This document shows, piece after piece, positions 1-9,094 of a DNA stretch of 64,000 nucleotides (position 1 is the first letter of the stretch; every line of letters starts with the position of its first letter). This DNA comes from Acidisarcina sp. (lineage in GTDB: Bacteria; Acidobacteriota; Terriglobia; Terriglobales; Acidobacteriaceae), in contig DASWUZ010000123.1 in NCBI GenBank assembly GCA_036401395.1, positions 3,597 to 67,596 on the forward strand, written 5' to 3'. A program made the position numbers and the translations under genes. Under the pieces are notes generated by a model that had not been told where the DNA came from, made no database searches, and saw only the letters and a list, made by a program, of their open reading frames with translations.

Positions 1-3000
1 TAGTCGGCTCTACCACGGTCGCCCGCATGCCAGTTGATTTGTTCCCGGACATTAATATCCCGGTGGTCGTGGTGGCGACTTTTTATAACGGCATGCCTCC
101 AGAGCAAATAGAATCGAACATTACAAACCCGTTCGAACGGTTTTTTACCCTCGGAGGTGGGATCGATCATATCGAGTCACGTTCGCTTACGGGCGTCAGC
201 CTCATCCGTATTTATTTCCAGCCAGGCACGAATGCGGACGCGGCCGTCACGACGATTTCTAACCTCGCGCTTGCCCAGTTGCGACGGCTCCCTCCTGGTA
301 CGCTGCCGCCCGTGGTTTTGAAGTTCGACGCTTCCAGCCTTCCTGTGTGCCTCATCACCCTTAAAGGCGAGGGCCTGAACGAAACGCAGCTTCACGATCT
401 GGCTCAGTTCAACGTGCGCAATCAGCTAGCTGGCGTTCCGGGTGCTTCGGTACCTCAACCGTTCGGCGGGAAGTATCGGCAGATTCAAATCTACGTAGAC
501 CCCGTAAAACTCGAGGCCCATCAACTGAGCCCAATGGATGTTGTGCGCTCGGTCAATCAGGCGAATGCCATTCTTCCGGCCGGCGATGTGCGGATCGGGC
601 CAAGAGATTTCAACATTTACACTAACTCGCAATTCCCCACAATGGAGGAGATCGACCGCCTACCGCTAAAGACAGTTGGAAACGGCCAGCTCCTCGTCTC
701 GGATGTCGGGAGCGCGAAGGATGCCGCCGCTATCCAAACAAATATCGTTCGCGTCGATGGACAGCATTCGGTCTACCTGCCGATCTTGAAACAAGGTGGG
801 GGGAGCAATACTATCGCGGTCGTGAATGGTATCCGCACCGCCATTGGCGATCTGCTCGATGTGCCGAAGTCACTCAGGACGAGAGTGGTGTTTGACCAGT
901 CGGTGTTTGTAAAGACGGCCATTTCAAATCTCGGCAGCGAAGGCGGCATCGGGCTGGTTCTGACTGCCCTGATGATCCTTATCTTTCTCGGCAATGTACG
1001 GGCAACGCTGGCCGTGATGCTTTCGATTCCGTTGTCGGCACTTGCCGCTTTCCTCGCGTTGAACCTGTTGGGGGGAACCATCAACTCGATGGTCCTGGGC
1101 GGGCTCGCTCTGGCGTTCTCCCGGCTGATCGATAACTCGGTGGTGGTGCTGGAGAATATTTTCCGGCATCTGGAAATGGGAGAGTCGGCGGAGGAAGCTG
1201 CGGAAAAAGGTGGGCGCGAAGTCGCATTGCCGGTATTAGCCGCCACGTTCACGACCGCTATTGTGTTCTTTCCCGTAGTTTTTCTGTATGGCGTCAGCAG
1301 GTTCCTATTCACCGCATTGGCTCTGTCCGTTGTGTTGTCCCTGTTCGCGTCCTACGTAGTGGCGCTAACGGTGGTCCCTCTGTTTTGCGCTCGGTTTATC
1401 AAGAACGCACACAACGAGGCCGTACATCATAAGGGCAACTCGTGGTTTCAGCGCTTCGTACTGCGGTTCAATCAGAAATACGATCAAACGCTGATGCGCT
1501 ATGACATCGCGGTCGGCAAGGCCCTGCTGCGACCGGTTGCGACGGTGATCGGAGTGTTAGGCGTTTTCCTGTTGAGCCTTGGTCTGTTTCCGTTCATGGG
1601 TCTGTCGTTCTTTCCCCGAACAGATCCTGGGCAATTCGTGATCAACGTGAAGGCTCCGAGCGGCACAAGGCTTGAACTAACCGATAGATACATCGCACGA
1701 GTCGAAGAGGATATTCGCTCGGTAGTTCCCGCAAAAGACCTTGGAATTGTGGTCTCGAACATTGGCATCACGCCGGACTTCTCTGCGATTTACACCACCA
1801 ATTCCGGACAGCACACGGCGTTCGTACAGGTCAGCTTGAAGGAGGGCCATAGCAAGAGCAGCTTCGAGTATATGAACCTTGTCCGCCGGAAATTAAGGGA
1901 CGATCTGCCGGAGATTTCTACTTACTTTCAAACCGGCGGTCTGGTCGACGCTGTAGTCAATCTTGGACTACCGGCGCCCATTGATATTCAAGTGAGTGGA
2001 AACAATCAACAGGAAGCATTTGCAACTGCCACCGCACTCGCGGAGAAGATCAAAAAGCTGAACGGGGTCAGTGATGTGCTGATCCCGCAAGATCTGGATT
2101 ACCCCGGTCTTCGTTTGAATGTGAACCGAGAAATGGCCGGAAGACTTGGCCTTAATTCAAGCGAGATCGTGGACAACGTGATCACCGCGCTCACTTCGAA
2201 TGGCATGATCGCACCTAGCTACTATGTCGACCCAAAGAGCGGCAACAACTATCTGCTCACGGTCCAGTTTCCGGAATCCCAGGTGAAATCTCTCACCGAC
2301 TTTGAGCAGATACCGGTGCGATCGCACGATGGTTCGCAAACTGCCAACCTGGGCGCTGTGACCGACATCAAGCCGATCAATACCCCGACGGAAGTCGATC
2401 ACTATCAACTTCGTAGAGTCATCGACGTGTATGTATCGCCATCCGGGCAGGACTTAGGTGGGCTTGCGAAGCGCGTCGACAGAGTTATCACGGACCAGCC
2501 TATTGCTAGCGATTTGCGGGTTTCTATGCGAGGTTCCGTACAGGGAATGCGGAAGTCGTTTACCAGTTTCAGCATTGGGCTAATTCTCTCGATCATTCTT
2601 GTCTACCTGATCTTGATGGCTCAGTTTGCTTCCTTTGTCGACCCAGTAATTATCCTGCTCGCTATTCCACCCGGCATCACCGGCGTGATCCTCTTTCTGC
2701 TGCTAACTAAGACTACGTTGAACGTGATGTCCCTGATGGGTGTCGTCATGATGACCGGCATCGTGGTTTCCAACTCGATCCTGATTGTCGAGTTCACGAG
2801 GAGCCTCCGCAAAATAGGCATGCCGATTCGGGAGGCAGTCGCGACAGCTTGCCGCGTTCGGCTGCGACCCGTGCTGATGACTTCACTCGCGACGATTCTA
2901 GGAATGATACCCATGGCCCTTGCCCTGGAAGCGGGCAGCGAGCAGTATGCACCGCTGGCGAGAGCGATCATCGGGGGATTGACCGTATCCGTTCTAGTCA

Positions 3001-3092
3001 CGGTGTTCGTGGTGCCTGCGGCTTACCTTTGGGTGCATGGGAAAGAAGAGGATCTGGCGACTCCGGCTCCTCAAGACGGAGCAACGCTATGA
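1..3092 (+). CDS. RND (AcrB/HAE1-family) efflux permease, N-terminus cut by the window edge
   Basis: ORF 27..3092 (1021 aa). The same frame is open back to base 3 (VGSTTVAR precedes the first Met), so the start lies upstream. Multi-TM layout with two large periplasmic loops. AcrB-type segments present: PVDLFPDINIPVV, GLALAFSRLIDNSVVVLENI, VMMTGIVVSNSILIVEF. Followed by a TolC-like gene with an ATGA overlap. Confidence 0.9.
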   Translation, partial: VGSTTVARMPVDLFPDINIPVVVVATFYNGMPPEQIESNITNPFERFFTLGGGIDHIESRSLTGVSLIRIYFQPGTNADAAVTTISNLALAQLRRLPPGTLPPVVLKFDASSLPVCLITLKGEGLNETQLHDLAQFNVRNQLAGVPGASVPQPFGGKYRQIQIYVDPVKLEAHQLSPMDVVRSVNQANAILPAGDVRIGPRDFNIYTNSQFPTMEEIDRLPLKTVGNGQLLVSDVGSAKDAAAIQTNIVRVDGQHSVYLPILKQGGGSNTIAVVNGIRTAIGDLLDVPKSLRTRVVFDQSVFVKTAISNLGSEGGIGLVLTALMILIFLGNVRATLAVMLSIPLSALAAFLALNLLGGTINSMVLGGLALAFSRLIDNSVVVLENIFRHLEMGESAEEAAEKGGREVALPVLAATFTTAIVFFPVVFLYGVSRFLFTALALSVVLSLFASYVVALTVVPLFCARFIKNAHNEAVHHKGNSWFQRFVLRFNQKYDQTLMRYDIAVGKALLRPVATVIGVLGVFLLSLGLFPFMGLSFFPRTDPGQFVINVKAPSGTRLELTDRYIARVEEDIRSVVPAKDLGIVVSNIGITPDFSAIYTTNSGQHTAFVQVSLKEGHSKSSFEYMNLVRRKLRDDLPEISTYFQTGGLVDAVVNLGLPAPIDIQVSGNNQQEAFATATALAEKIKKLNGVSDVLIPQDLDYPGLRLNVNREMAGRLGLNSSEIVDNVITALTSNGMIAPSYYVDPKSGNNYLLTVQFPESQVKSLTDFEQIPVRSHDGSQTANLGAVTDIKPINTPTEVDHYQLRRVIDVYVSPSGQDLGGLAKRVDRVITDQPIASDLRVSMRGSVQGMRKSFTSFSIGLILSIILVYLILMAQFASFVDPVIILLAIPPGITGVILFLLLTKTTLNVMSLMGVVMMTGIVVSNSILIVEFTRSLRKIGMPIREAVATACRVRLRPVLMTSLATILGMIPMALALEAGSEQYAPLARAIIGGLTVSVLVTVFVVPAAYLWVHGKEEDLATPAPQDGATL

Positions 3093-4387
3093 AGAAATCT
3101 CTCATTTGCCTCTCGATCTTCGCGCTCACGTCCTGGGTGGCGCGTGCGCAAACGGTTCAGGCTCCGACCGGTTCGCTCACGGTACAGGAGGCGGAACAAT
3201 TAGCCATTCGAAATAATCCGCGGATTGCCGTTGCCCGTCTTACGGCGCTTGCGGAAGGACAAGTCACCCGCGAGGCGCGCTCCGCGGAACTACCGACGAT
3301 CACAGGAAACCTGACCGCTGTCGATTCCCATGAAGGCAGTCGCATCACCGCGGGTGCTCTGAACAATCCTATTGTCTACCAGCGTGCTGCGGGTGGAGTA
3401 ACCGTAAGTCAACTCATCGCGGATTTCGGTAGGACGCGCAGCCTGGTCGGCAGCGCGGCCCTCCGCGCACAAGCTCAAGCCAGCCAAGAGGCGGCTACTA
3501 CGGCCGACGTAGTAATCGCAGTGGATGAAGCGTTCTATCGGGCATTGGGGACTCAGGCGGTCCTCAAGGTTGCCAGCGATACGGTCTCTGCCCGCCAGAC
3601 CACAACAGATCAGGTAAATGCCTTGACCGGCGCGAAGCTCAAGTCGACGCTCGATCTGAGCTTCGCCAGTGTGAACCTGGCCCAGGCGAAACTGTTGTTG
3701 CTTGATGCTCAGAACGAGAACCAGGAGTCGATGGCGGCAATGAACGCGCTGCTGGGAAGCGAGCGGCCAACCAACTACACGCTCGTGGACGACACCGGGA
3801 ATGCACCTGCGCTCGCGCCGCTTGATGCTGAACCTCTGGTGACCCAGGCATTCAACAGCAGGCCCGACCTGACTGCGCTCAATGAGGAATTCGAAGCGGC
3901 CAGGAAATTTTCCTCCGCAGAGCATGATCTTCGCCGTCCGACAATCGCTGCGCTTGGTACGGCGGGCTCTACCCCTGTGAGAGCAGATCAGATCGCATCG
4001 TCCTGGTACGGGGCTGCCGGCGTAAACGTCAGCGTTCCCATCTTCAACGGCTTCCTCTTTTCTGCGCGAGCCCGTGAAGCAGACCTGAGAGCTGCAGCCG
4101 CGAAAAAGCGAGTCGAAGAGTTGCGCCAAACGATAGCCCGCGATGTAAGGACCACGGTACTCCAGGCGCAGTCAAATTTTCAGCGCATCGCGGTGACGCA
4201 ACAACTGCTCGCCCAAGCGAACACGGCATTTGATCTGGCGCAGACTCGTTACCGGATCGGCCTCTCGTCAATCGTCGAAATCAGTCAGGCAGAGCTAGCT
4301 CAAACTGAGGCACAGATAGAGTACGCAACGGCAAGATATTCGTATCAAGGATCACTAGCCGCAATTCGTTACCAGACAGGCCAGTGA
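3089..4387 (+). CDS. TolC-family outer membrane efflux protein
   Basis: ORF 2849..4387 trimmed to ATG 3089, which gives the signal peptide MKKSLICLSIFALTSWVARAQ. This ATG overlaps the RND stop (ATGA at 3089-3092). Two-repeat, Ala/Gln/Leu-rich coiled layout typical of outer membrane efflux proteins. Confidence 0.85.
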   Translation: MKKSLICLSIFALTSWVARAQTVQAPTGSLTVQEAEQLAIRNNPRIAVARLTALAEGQVTREARSAELPTITGNLTAVDSHEGSRITAGALNNPIVYQRAAGGVTVSQLIADFGRTRSLVGSAALRAQAQASQEAATTADVVIAVDEAFYRALGTQAVLKVASDTVSARQTTTDQVNALTGAKLKSTLDLSFASVNLAQAKLLLLDAQNENQESMAAMNALLGSERPTNYTLVDDTGNAPALAPLDAEPLVTQAFNSRPDLTALNEEFEAARKFSSAEHDLRRPTIAALGTAGSTPVRADQIASSWYGAAGVNVSVPIFNGFLFSARAREADLRAAAAKKRVEELRQTIARDVRTTVLQAQSNFQRIAVTQQLLAQANTAFDLAQTRYRIGLSSIVEISQAELAQTEAQIEYATARYSYQGSLAAIRYQTGQ

Positions 4388-4541
4388 ACCAGAGAGCATA
4401 CGCACGAAACTATACCGAACCAATCTACTCCTCGACTTTCAAGATCAAGAACCCTCCTCTACGCTATTCATCGAATGGGTCTGGAGGGTCTTGATTCATA
4501 CAATGTCCTCGTCTCGGACAAGACCGACTCCAACATGGTGA

Positions 4542-5399
4542 CATATAGACTCAGGTCAATCGTCGCCAATTGCCTACTCAGCTCCGACGGGTCTTGACCC
4601 TGACAGAGCGGGCAACATACCCACGGATGGCAAGAATTCCTATCGCTACGACGGCGAGGGGAGAATTTGTGCGGTTGCGTATGGCTCCAGTCCCGTGAAT
4701 TACGAGCAGTACGTCTACAACGCTCTTGGAGTGCGAGTAGCAAAAGCAAGCATCGCCGGAGCAGGGTTTCCAGCGGCAGGAGCTGTCTTCGCAGCTCCAG
4801 GAGCCGCCTCCGGGTTCTCGTTAACGAACCAATACCTGCTCGATCAAATTGGCGATCAGGTGACTGAACTGAATGGCTCTGGCACCTGGACGCACTCGAA
4901 CGTATGTGCTGGCGCTCACCTCCAGGCTACTTACGACACCAATGGATTGCACTTCCAATTGGCCCATCCTCTGGGCACGCGGCGCATCGAAACTGCCGCA
5001 GCGGGGACTGTAGATGGAACATATCAAAGCCTTCCCTTCGGAGACAATCTGGTCACTTCAGGCTACGACGCAACCGAACACCATTTCACCGGCAAAGAGC
5101 ACGATGCGGAAACTGGGAATGAGTACTTTGAAGCACGATATTACGGCGCGGCGATTGGGCGTTGGATGTCCCCGGACTGGAGTGCCAAGATTGAGCCCGT
5201 GCCGTACTCAAAGCTGGAAGACCCCCAGTCGTTAAATCTGTATGCATACGCAAGAAATAACCCCCTGACAATAATTGACGCGGACGGCCACGATGCCGCA
5301 CAGGATTCAAACGTACTGAGCGACTACGTATGGGGTAGCGGGGTCGGGAAGCGGCGAACTTGCAAGTGCTTAAAGCGTTTAATCTGCCGGAAGGCGTGA
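4542..5399 (+). pseudogene. Orphan RHS/YD-repeat core end plus C-terminal tip, fragment 1 (no N-terminal region)
   Basis: Frame is open from 4542 (stop at 4539-4541); the first start-like codon is GTG 4695 (track ORF 4695..5399). YD repeat DGKNSYRYDGEGRI. RHS core-end motifs HHFTGKEHDAETGNEYFEARYYGAAIGRWMSPD and PQSLNLYAYARNNPLTIIDADGH. No RBS and no N-terminal domain. The tail after DADGH looks out of frame (see findings). Confidence 0.75.
4707..5291 (+). repeat. Paralogous rhs core segment, copy A (partner 9230..9814)
   Basis: By-eye alignment with 9230..9814. The first 77 nt are identical (CAGTACGTCTACAACGCTCTTGGAGTGCG...CAGGAGC). Substitutions then accumulate toward the DxDGH boundary. 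Same length (195 codons) with no indels. Confidence 0.85.
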
Positions 5400-5488
5400 A
5401 CCGGAAGCCCGTTCTTTTCGGCGATGAATCGGTAGTCTTTCCGATCACTGTATAGACGAAGGTTTGCTATCAAACACAGTTCACTCGA

Positions 5489-5944
5489 ATGGATGTGAAG
5501 ACGGGCAAGGATGCGCCGTGGACGACGCTGGAATGCACACGGTACAACCTACTTGGCGACGGGCACATAATTTACACGAGCATGAAGGGCGACAGCCCGT
5601 TGGAGATTATCGGGGAAGGCAACGTCTCTTCGGCATCCTACAATCCGCCCAAAGGTGCTTATATCGACCGGGGTATCTTGGACGGCAGCAGCCCCGTAGT
5701 ATCCCCTCAGTCTCTGCGTGTAGTCGAGGAGCTGATAGAGGCGAAAGGCAGGCATCCACCGCTCGACATGTCTGGCAAGTTCGTTGGCCGGGACATCGTG
5801 CTTCTGGACATGCATACCGGCACGGCTCTGCTGACAGTGAAGGTGCCCTTGAGTACGCAGGTATATTCCTACGCGCTGTCTCGGGATGGAAAGCGGCTAG
5901 CCGTTTTGCTTGACTCGCAGTTGACTGTCTATCAGGTTCCATAG
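5489..5944 (+). CDS. Hypothetical protein with a beta-propeller-blade-like C-terminus; candidate partner or immunity gene of rhs tip 1
   Basis: ORF 151 aa, same strand, about 90 nt after the fragment 1 stop. The C-terminal part (DIVLLDMHTGTALLTVKV...YALSRDGKRLAVLLDSQLTVY) resembles one or two propeller blades. No family recognised with confidence. Confidence 0.4.
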   Translation: MDVKTGKDAPWTTLECTRYNLLGDGHIIYTSMKGDSPLEIIGEGNVSSASYNPPKGAYIDRGILDGSSPVVSPQSLRVVEELIEAKGRHPPLDMSGKFVGRDIVLLDMHTGTALLTVKVPLSTQVYSYALSRDGKRLAVLLDSQLTVYQVP

Positions 5945-6091
5945 CGCATACTCTGAACCTCCAGCAAGCCGCTCTCCGGGGCGGTTTGTTGGCGTCTATG
6001 GCATCCATCCGGCGTCTTGCTGGATATGGGCGGAAGAGTACGCTGCTCCGCATCGGCTGAATAGGAACGCGTCACCCAGAATGGGAGCTAC

Positions 6092-6459
6092 GGAGTAACT
6101 AAAAGTTCCTCTCGGGAAAGTTGCTGAAACAGGCTGCTAATAGAAAAAGGTGTAGGGGGTACCTTGTAAGTGAGCGCGCGTTGCTGTGGGGAACTCTATG
6201 ACTGCAGACCCTTAGCCGGCCTTGCTGCCCAATGTTGAGCAACGCGCATGCAGTGTGCGACCCGCCTCCGAACTCCCTTCCAAGAACTCATCTAGGGGGT
6301 GCTCTATGAAGCCACGGCTGCGTACCAAGAGAGTGAGCACGAAGGTTATTGAAAGGGAGGGGAGCCCGCAGGAGAGCGACAGACACAGGTCGATGCACGT
6401 AGTCGAAATTGAAGCGGCGAGAGCCTCCAAAATGTAGCGGCGTCACCAGAATTCAATAA
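6092..6459 (+). repeat. Repeated RHH-module, degenerate copy 1 (partner 10723..11208)
   Basis: Shares blocks with copy 2: GGAGTAACT(A/G)AAAGTT, GTGAGCGC(G/A)CGTTGCTG, CCCTTAG, ATGTTGAGCAACGC, ATGAAGCC.CGGCT.CGTAC.AAG, GTAGTCGAAATTGA.GCGGCGAGAGC.TCCAA.ATGTAGCGG and CCAGAATTCAATAA. The RHH-coding core of copy 2 is replaced here by about 50 unrelated nt. Track ORF 6222..6437 is the remnant. Confidence 0.7.
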
Positions 6460-6536
6460 GTATCAACAGGGGTATTTACTTCAAAACGCTTGTAAACGAC
6501 TCATTCGACACGGATAGAACCGATGATCTGTTTCTG

Positions 6537-8119
6537 GACGGTGCCGATGGCGGTCGCACCGCCAATTACGGGTATGATTCGATGGGACGGTTGATCTCGG
6601 CTAAGACCAACGGCTCCTCTGGTTACCCGCAATGGGGACTATCTGAGAGCTACGACCGGTATGGAAACCGCCTGAACCAGGCGGTCACGGCGGGAAGTGG
6701 GCCGTCGAGCAATCTAAGTTTTGGGTCGAACAATCAGCCCACCGGCTACACGTTCGACTCGAGCGGCAACATGACCGTGGAGCCGCTTTCCCCGCCCAAC
6801 AACATGACCTATGACGGTGAGAACCGGATGACGGCCTTCAGCGGAATTGGGGGAGCGGCGAGCTACACCTATGACGGAAATGGATTGCGGGTAGTCAAAT
6901 CCGTGCAAAGTGGGACGACAACTGTCAGTGTCTTCGCAGGCTCCTCGGTGATTGCCGAATACGACAACGGCGAGGCCCCGACGTCTCCTTCACGGGAGTA
7001 CATCTACAACCCTGCGGGCGGCGCGACGACCGGGCTGCTGGCCATGATCAGCGGGGGCATAACGACCTACTATCATCAGGACAGTCTATCTGTCCGGCTG
7101 ACGACGAATGGCAGCGGATCCATCTCAACTCAGGACGGAACTTTCCCGTTCGGCGAGTCGTGGTATCAATCCGGCACTTCGAACAAATGGATATTCACCA
7201 GCTATCAACGAGACTCGGAAAGCGGCCTGGTCTACTCCCTTGCTCGCTACTACAACAGCCGCACGGGAACGTTCTGCTCGGCGGATCCTCTGGCCGGTTC
7301 GCCCGATGATCCGCAGTCGTGGAACAGGTATCCGTATGGACGGAATGACCCCATCGACATCACCGATCCCAGCGGAAAGTCTTGGTGGAGTTCGCTTCTC
7401 ATCGGCGCTGGAGTAGCTGCCGCAATCTATTTCGCACCTGATATAGAAACATTCCTCGGTGAACACTTGGGACTGGCGCTTGGTGATTCTGCCCAGTCTG
7501 TATTAGCAACGCCCGCAGCCAATCCGGGACACGCCATAGGGCTCCTATTAAGGCCTGCCGTGCAGGCAGCTGGCGTAGCTGGTACGGAGGGCGCTGCTGC
7601 TGCTGGATCTGGCCTCGGCGCTGCCATCGCCGGTGGCGCAATTGCTGCCGGGGCCGCGCAGGCTGTCGACCAGCCGAAGACGCAAACGCCTAGAGGTGGC
7701 TGTGCACAGACTGTTCCCGGCACCGCCTCGAAGTACTGCGGTCCTCTACAGGACGGATTAGACGCCGCCAAAAAAGCACTTCAACGAAAGAAGTGCAACA
7801 AATTCTATGGTGGACAAGGGGCAGAGACTCTGAGCGGCACTACGTATCGATTCTTGCATCTACCCGATCCGACAACCGGTGCCGCAACCATCGACCCGAG
7901 CCACGTCTTCGTAAACTCAGATGGGCCATACATGAACTACACGCCCACGCAAGGTAAAGCAGGCCCATCGGTCGATTTTGGACACAAGGTCAATTCCGTG
8001 GCTTCCTCCTTCTGCATGAGCTTGGACACCAGCTCAGTCCGGTTACGGGTTTCGGCCCGGATACAGGTAGCCCCTTGAACCAAAAGCAGTCCGGTTGGGT
8101 GTTGTCTCACTGCTTCTAA
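6537..8119 (+). pseudogene. Orphan RHS/YD-repeat core end plus C-terminal tip, fragment 2 (tail frameshifted; track ORF 6582..8078)
   Basis: Frame is open from 6438; RHS-like sequence starts near 6537 (DGADGGRTANYGYDSMGRLIS). YD repeats YDRYGNRL, YDGENRMT, YTYDGNGLRVVK. Core end YYNSRTGTFCSADPLAGSPDDPQSWNRYPYGRNDPIDITDPSG. No N-terminal region. The -1 frame from 7958 carries HELGH and ends at 8119. Confidence 0.75.
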
Positions 8120-8133
8120 GAAAGAGAGGCCCG

Positions 8134-8520
8134 ATGCGATCAAAAGTATTGAAGTTCTGGCTTGTGGCTGTAACTTTTGCGTTGTGCTGTTCTGTGGCGA
8201 CTGCCACCTCTCCAGGAAGAATTAAGGGCCAAGTCTTGGACTCAGAGGGGGCCGTCATAGAGGGTGCACATCTGCTGCTCCATTCAGACCCGTCAGGGCA
8301 GAATAGGCCAGCCGCTCGTTCTGACGTCATGCGCGAGACCGACGCGGCGGGACTATTCGATGTCCAACTAGAGCCTGGATTCTATGATGTGTGCGTCATG
8401 GCGACTGCGTTTACACCGGATTGCCACAAGATTTTTATCACAAATGGAAAAACCATCCCATATGACGCCCGACTGAAAGCGGACCCCCTTGTGATTCAGC
8501 ATCTGGGCGACACGTTTTAG
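8134..8520 (+). CDS. Secreted carboxypeptidase-regulatory-like (beta-sandwich) domain protein; candidate immunity gene for rhs tip 2
   Basis: ORF 8095..8520 trimmed to ATG 8134, which gives the signal peptide MRSKVLKFWLVAVTFALCCSVATA. Purine-rich GAGAGG lies 4 nt upstream. GRIKGQVLDSEGAVIEGAHLLL is typical of the CarboxypepD_reg fold. Confidence 0.6.
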   Translation: MRSKVLKFWLVAVTFALCCSVATATSPGRIKGQVLDSEGAVIEGAHLLLHSDPSGQNRPAARSDVMRETDAAGLFDVQLEPGFYDVCVMATAFTPDCHKIFITNGKTIPYDARLKADPLVIQHLGDTF

Positions 8521-9094
8521 GTCGGTGACGGCCGCGTTCTTCCGGGGCAGTCTCGCTGTCTGTCCCGACCCTGAAAATCCGACCCTGAGTCAGTATCCCA
8601 AGGGCGATGCTGCCTCCGCATCGGGAGAATAGGGATATAGTACCCAGAATGAGGTGCGTGTGCCTCATCTTCATGTCGCGACCCCGCTTGGCGTCGATCT
8701 AGTTATCGCAATCAAGCTCACTCAATCCGTCGCGACCGTCGGCCCTGACGGGCAGAGTGACTTCCAGAAGGCGATGGCGGCACCCGCCTTCTAGCAGAAG
8801 TAGCACGAAAAGCTCATGGCACGGACGATGCGGCCAATCACCTTGATCCGAACGGGACATTTCATGGCGCAAATTGCGCGTTCGGGATCATCGGCAATGA
8901 CAAATTCGATGCGGCGTTCAAGAGTGCTCTCAATACCTCTGGGTGAGGCAGATGGCTCTACAGGTGCTCATAAATGGCTTGACTCCACCGACGCACGAGT
9001 AGGGTTTAGTACCTCACTCATCATGACAACGACAGACTCCACCCGCCAAGTCATACCTGAATCCAGTCGGTGCCGAATAAGCGATAGGGGCTGA

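Noticed and set aside
2849-3088. 80-codon N-terminal extension of the TolC-like ORF in the track
   Set aside because: It lies entirely inside the RND gene in another frame and is Arg/Gly/Ser-rich. ATG 3089 gives a clean signal peptide and an ATGA overlap with the RND stop.
5464-5913. 149-aa ORF overlapping 5489-5944 in another frame
   Set aside because: Arg/Gly/His-rich off-frame translation. The 5489 frame has the more protein-like composition.
6480-6537. The idea that homology between the two RHH modules runs on to TCTGG (6533-6537 versus 11282-11286), ending exactly in the tRNA anticodon stem
   Set aside because: Beyond CCAGAATTCAATAA (6446-6459 / 11195-11208), by-eye identity drops to about 55%. 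That is too weak to place a crossover point without a computed alignment.
8816-9094. 92-aa ORF between cassette 2 and rhs fragment 3
   Set aside because: No motif and an odd composition. It ends exactly where the rhs frame opens. The region more likely holds degraded non-coding or mobile DNA.
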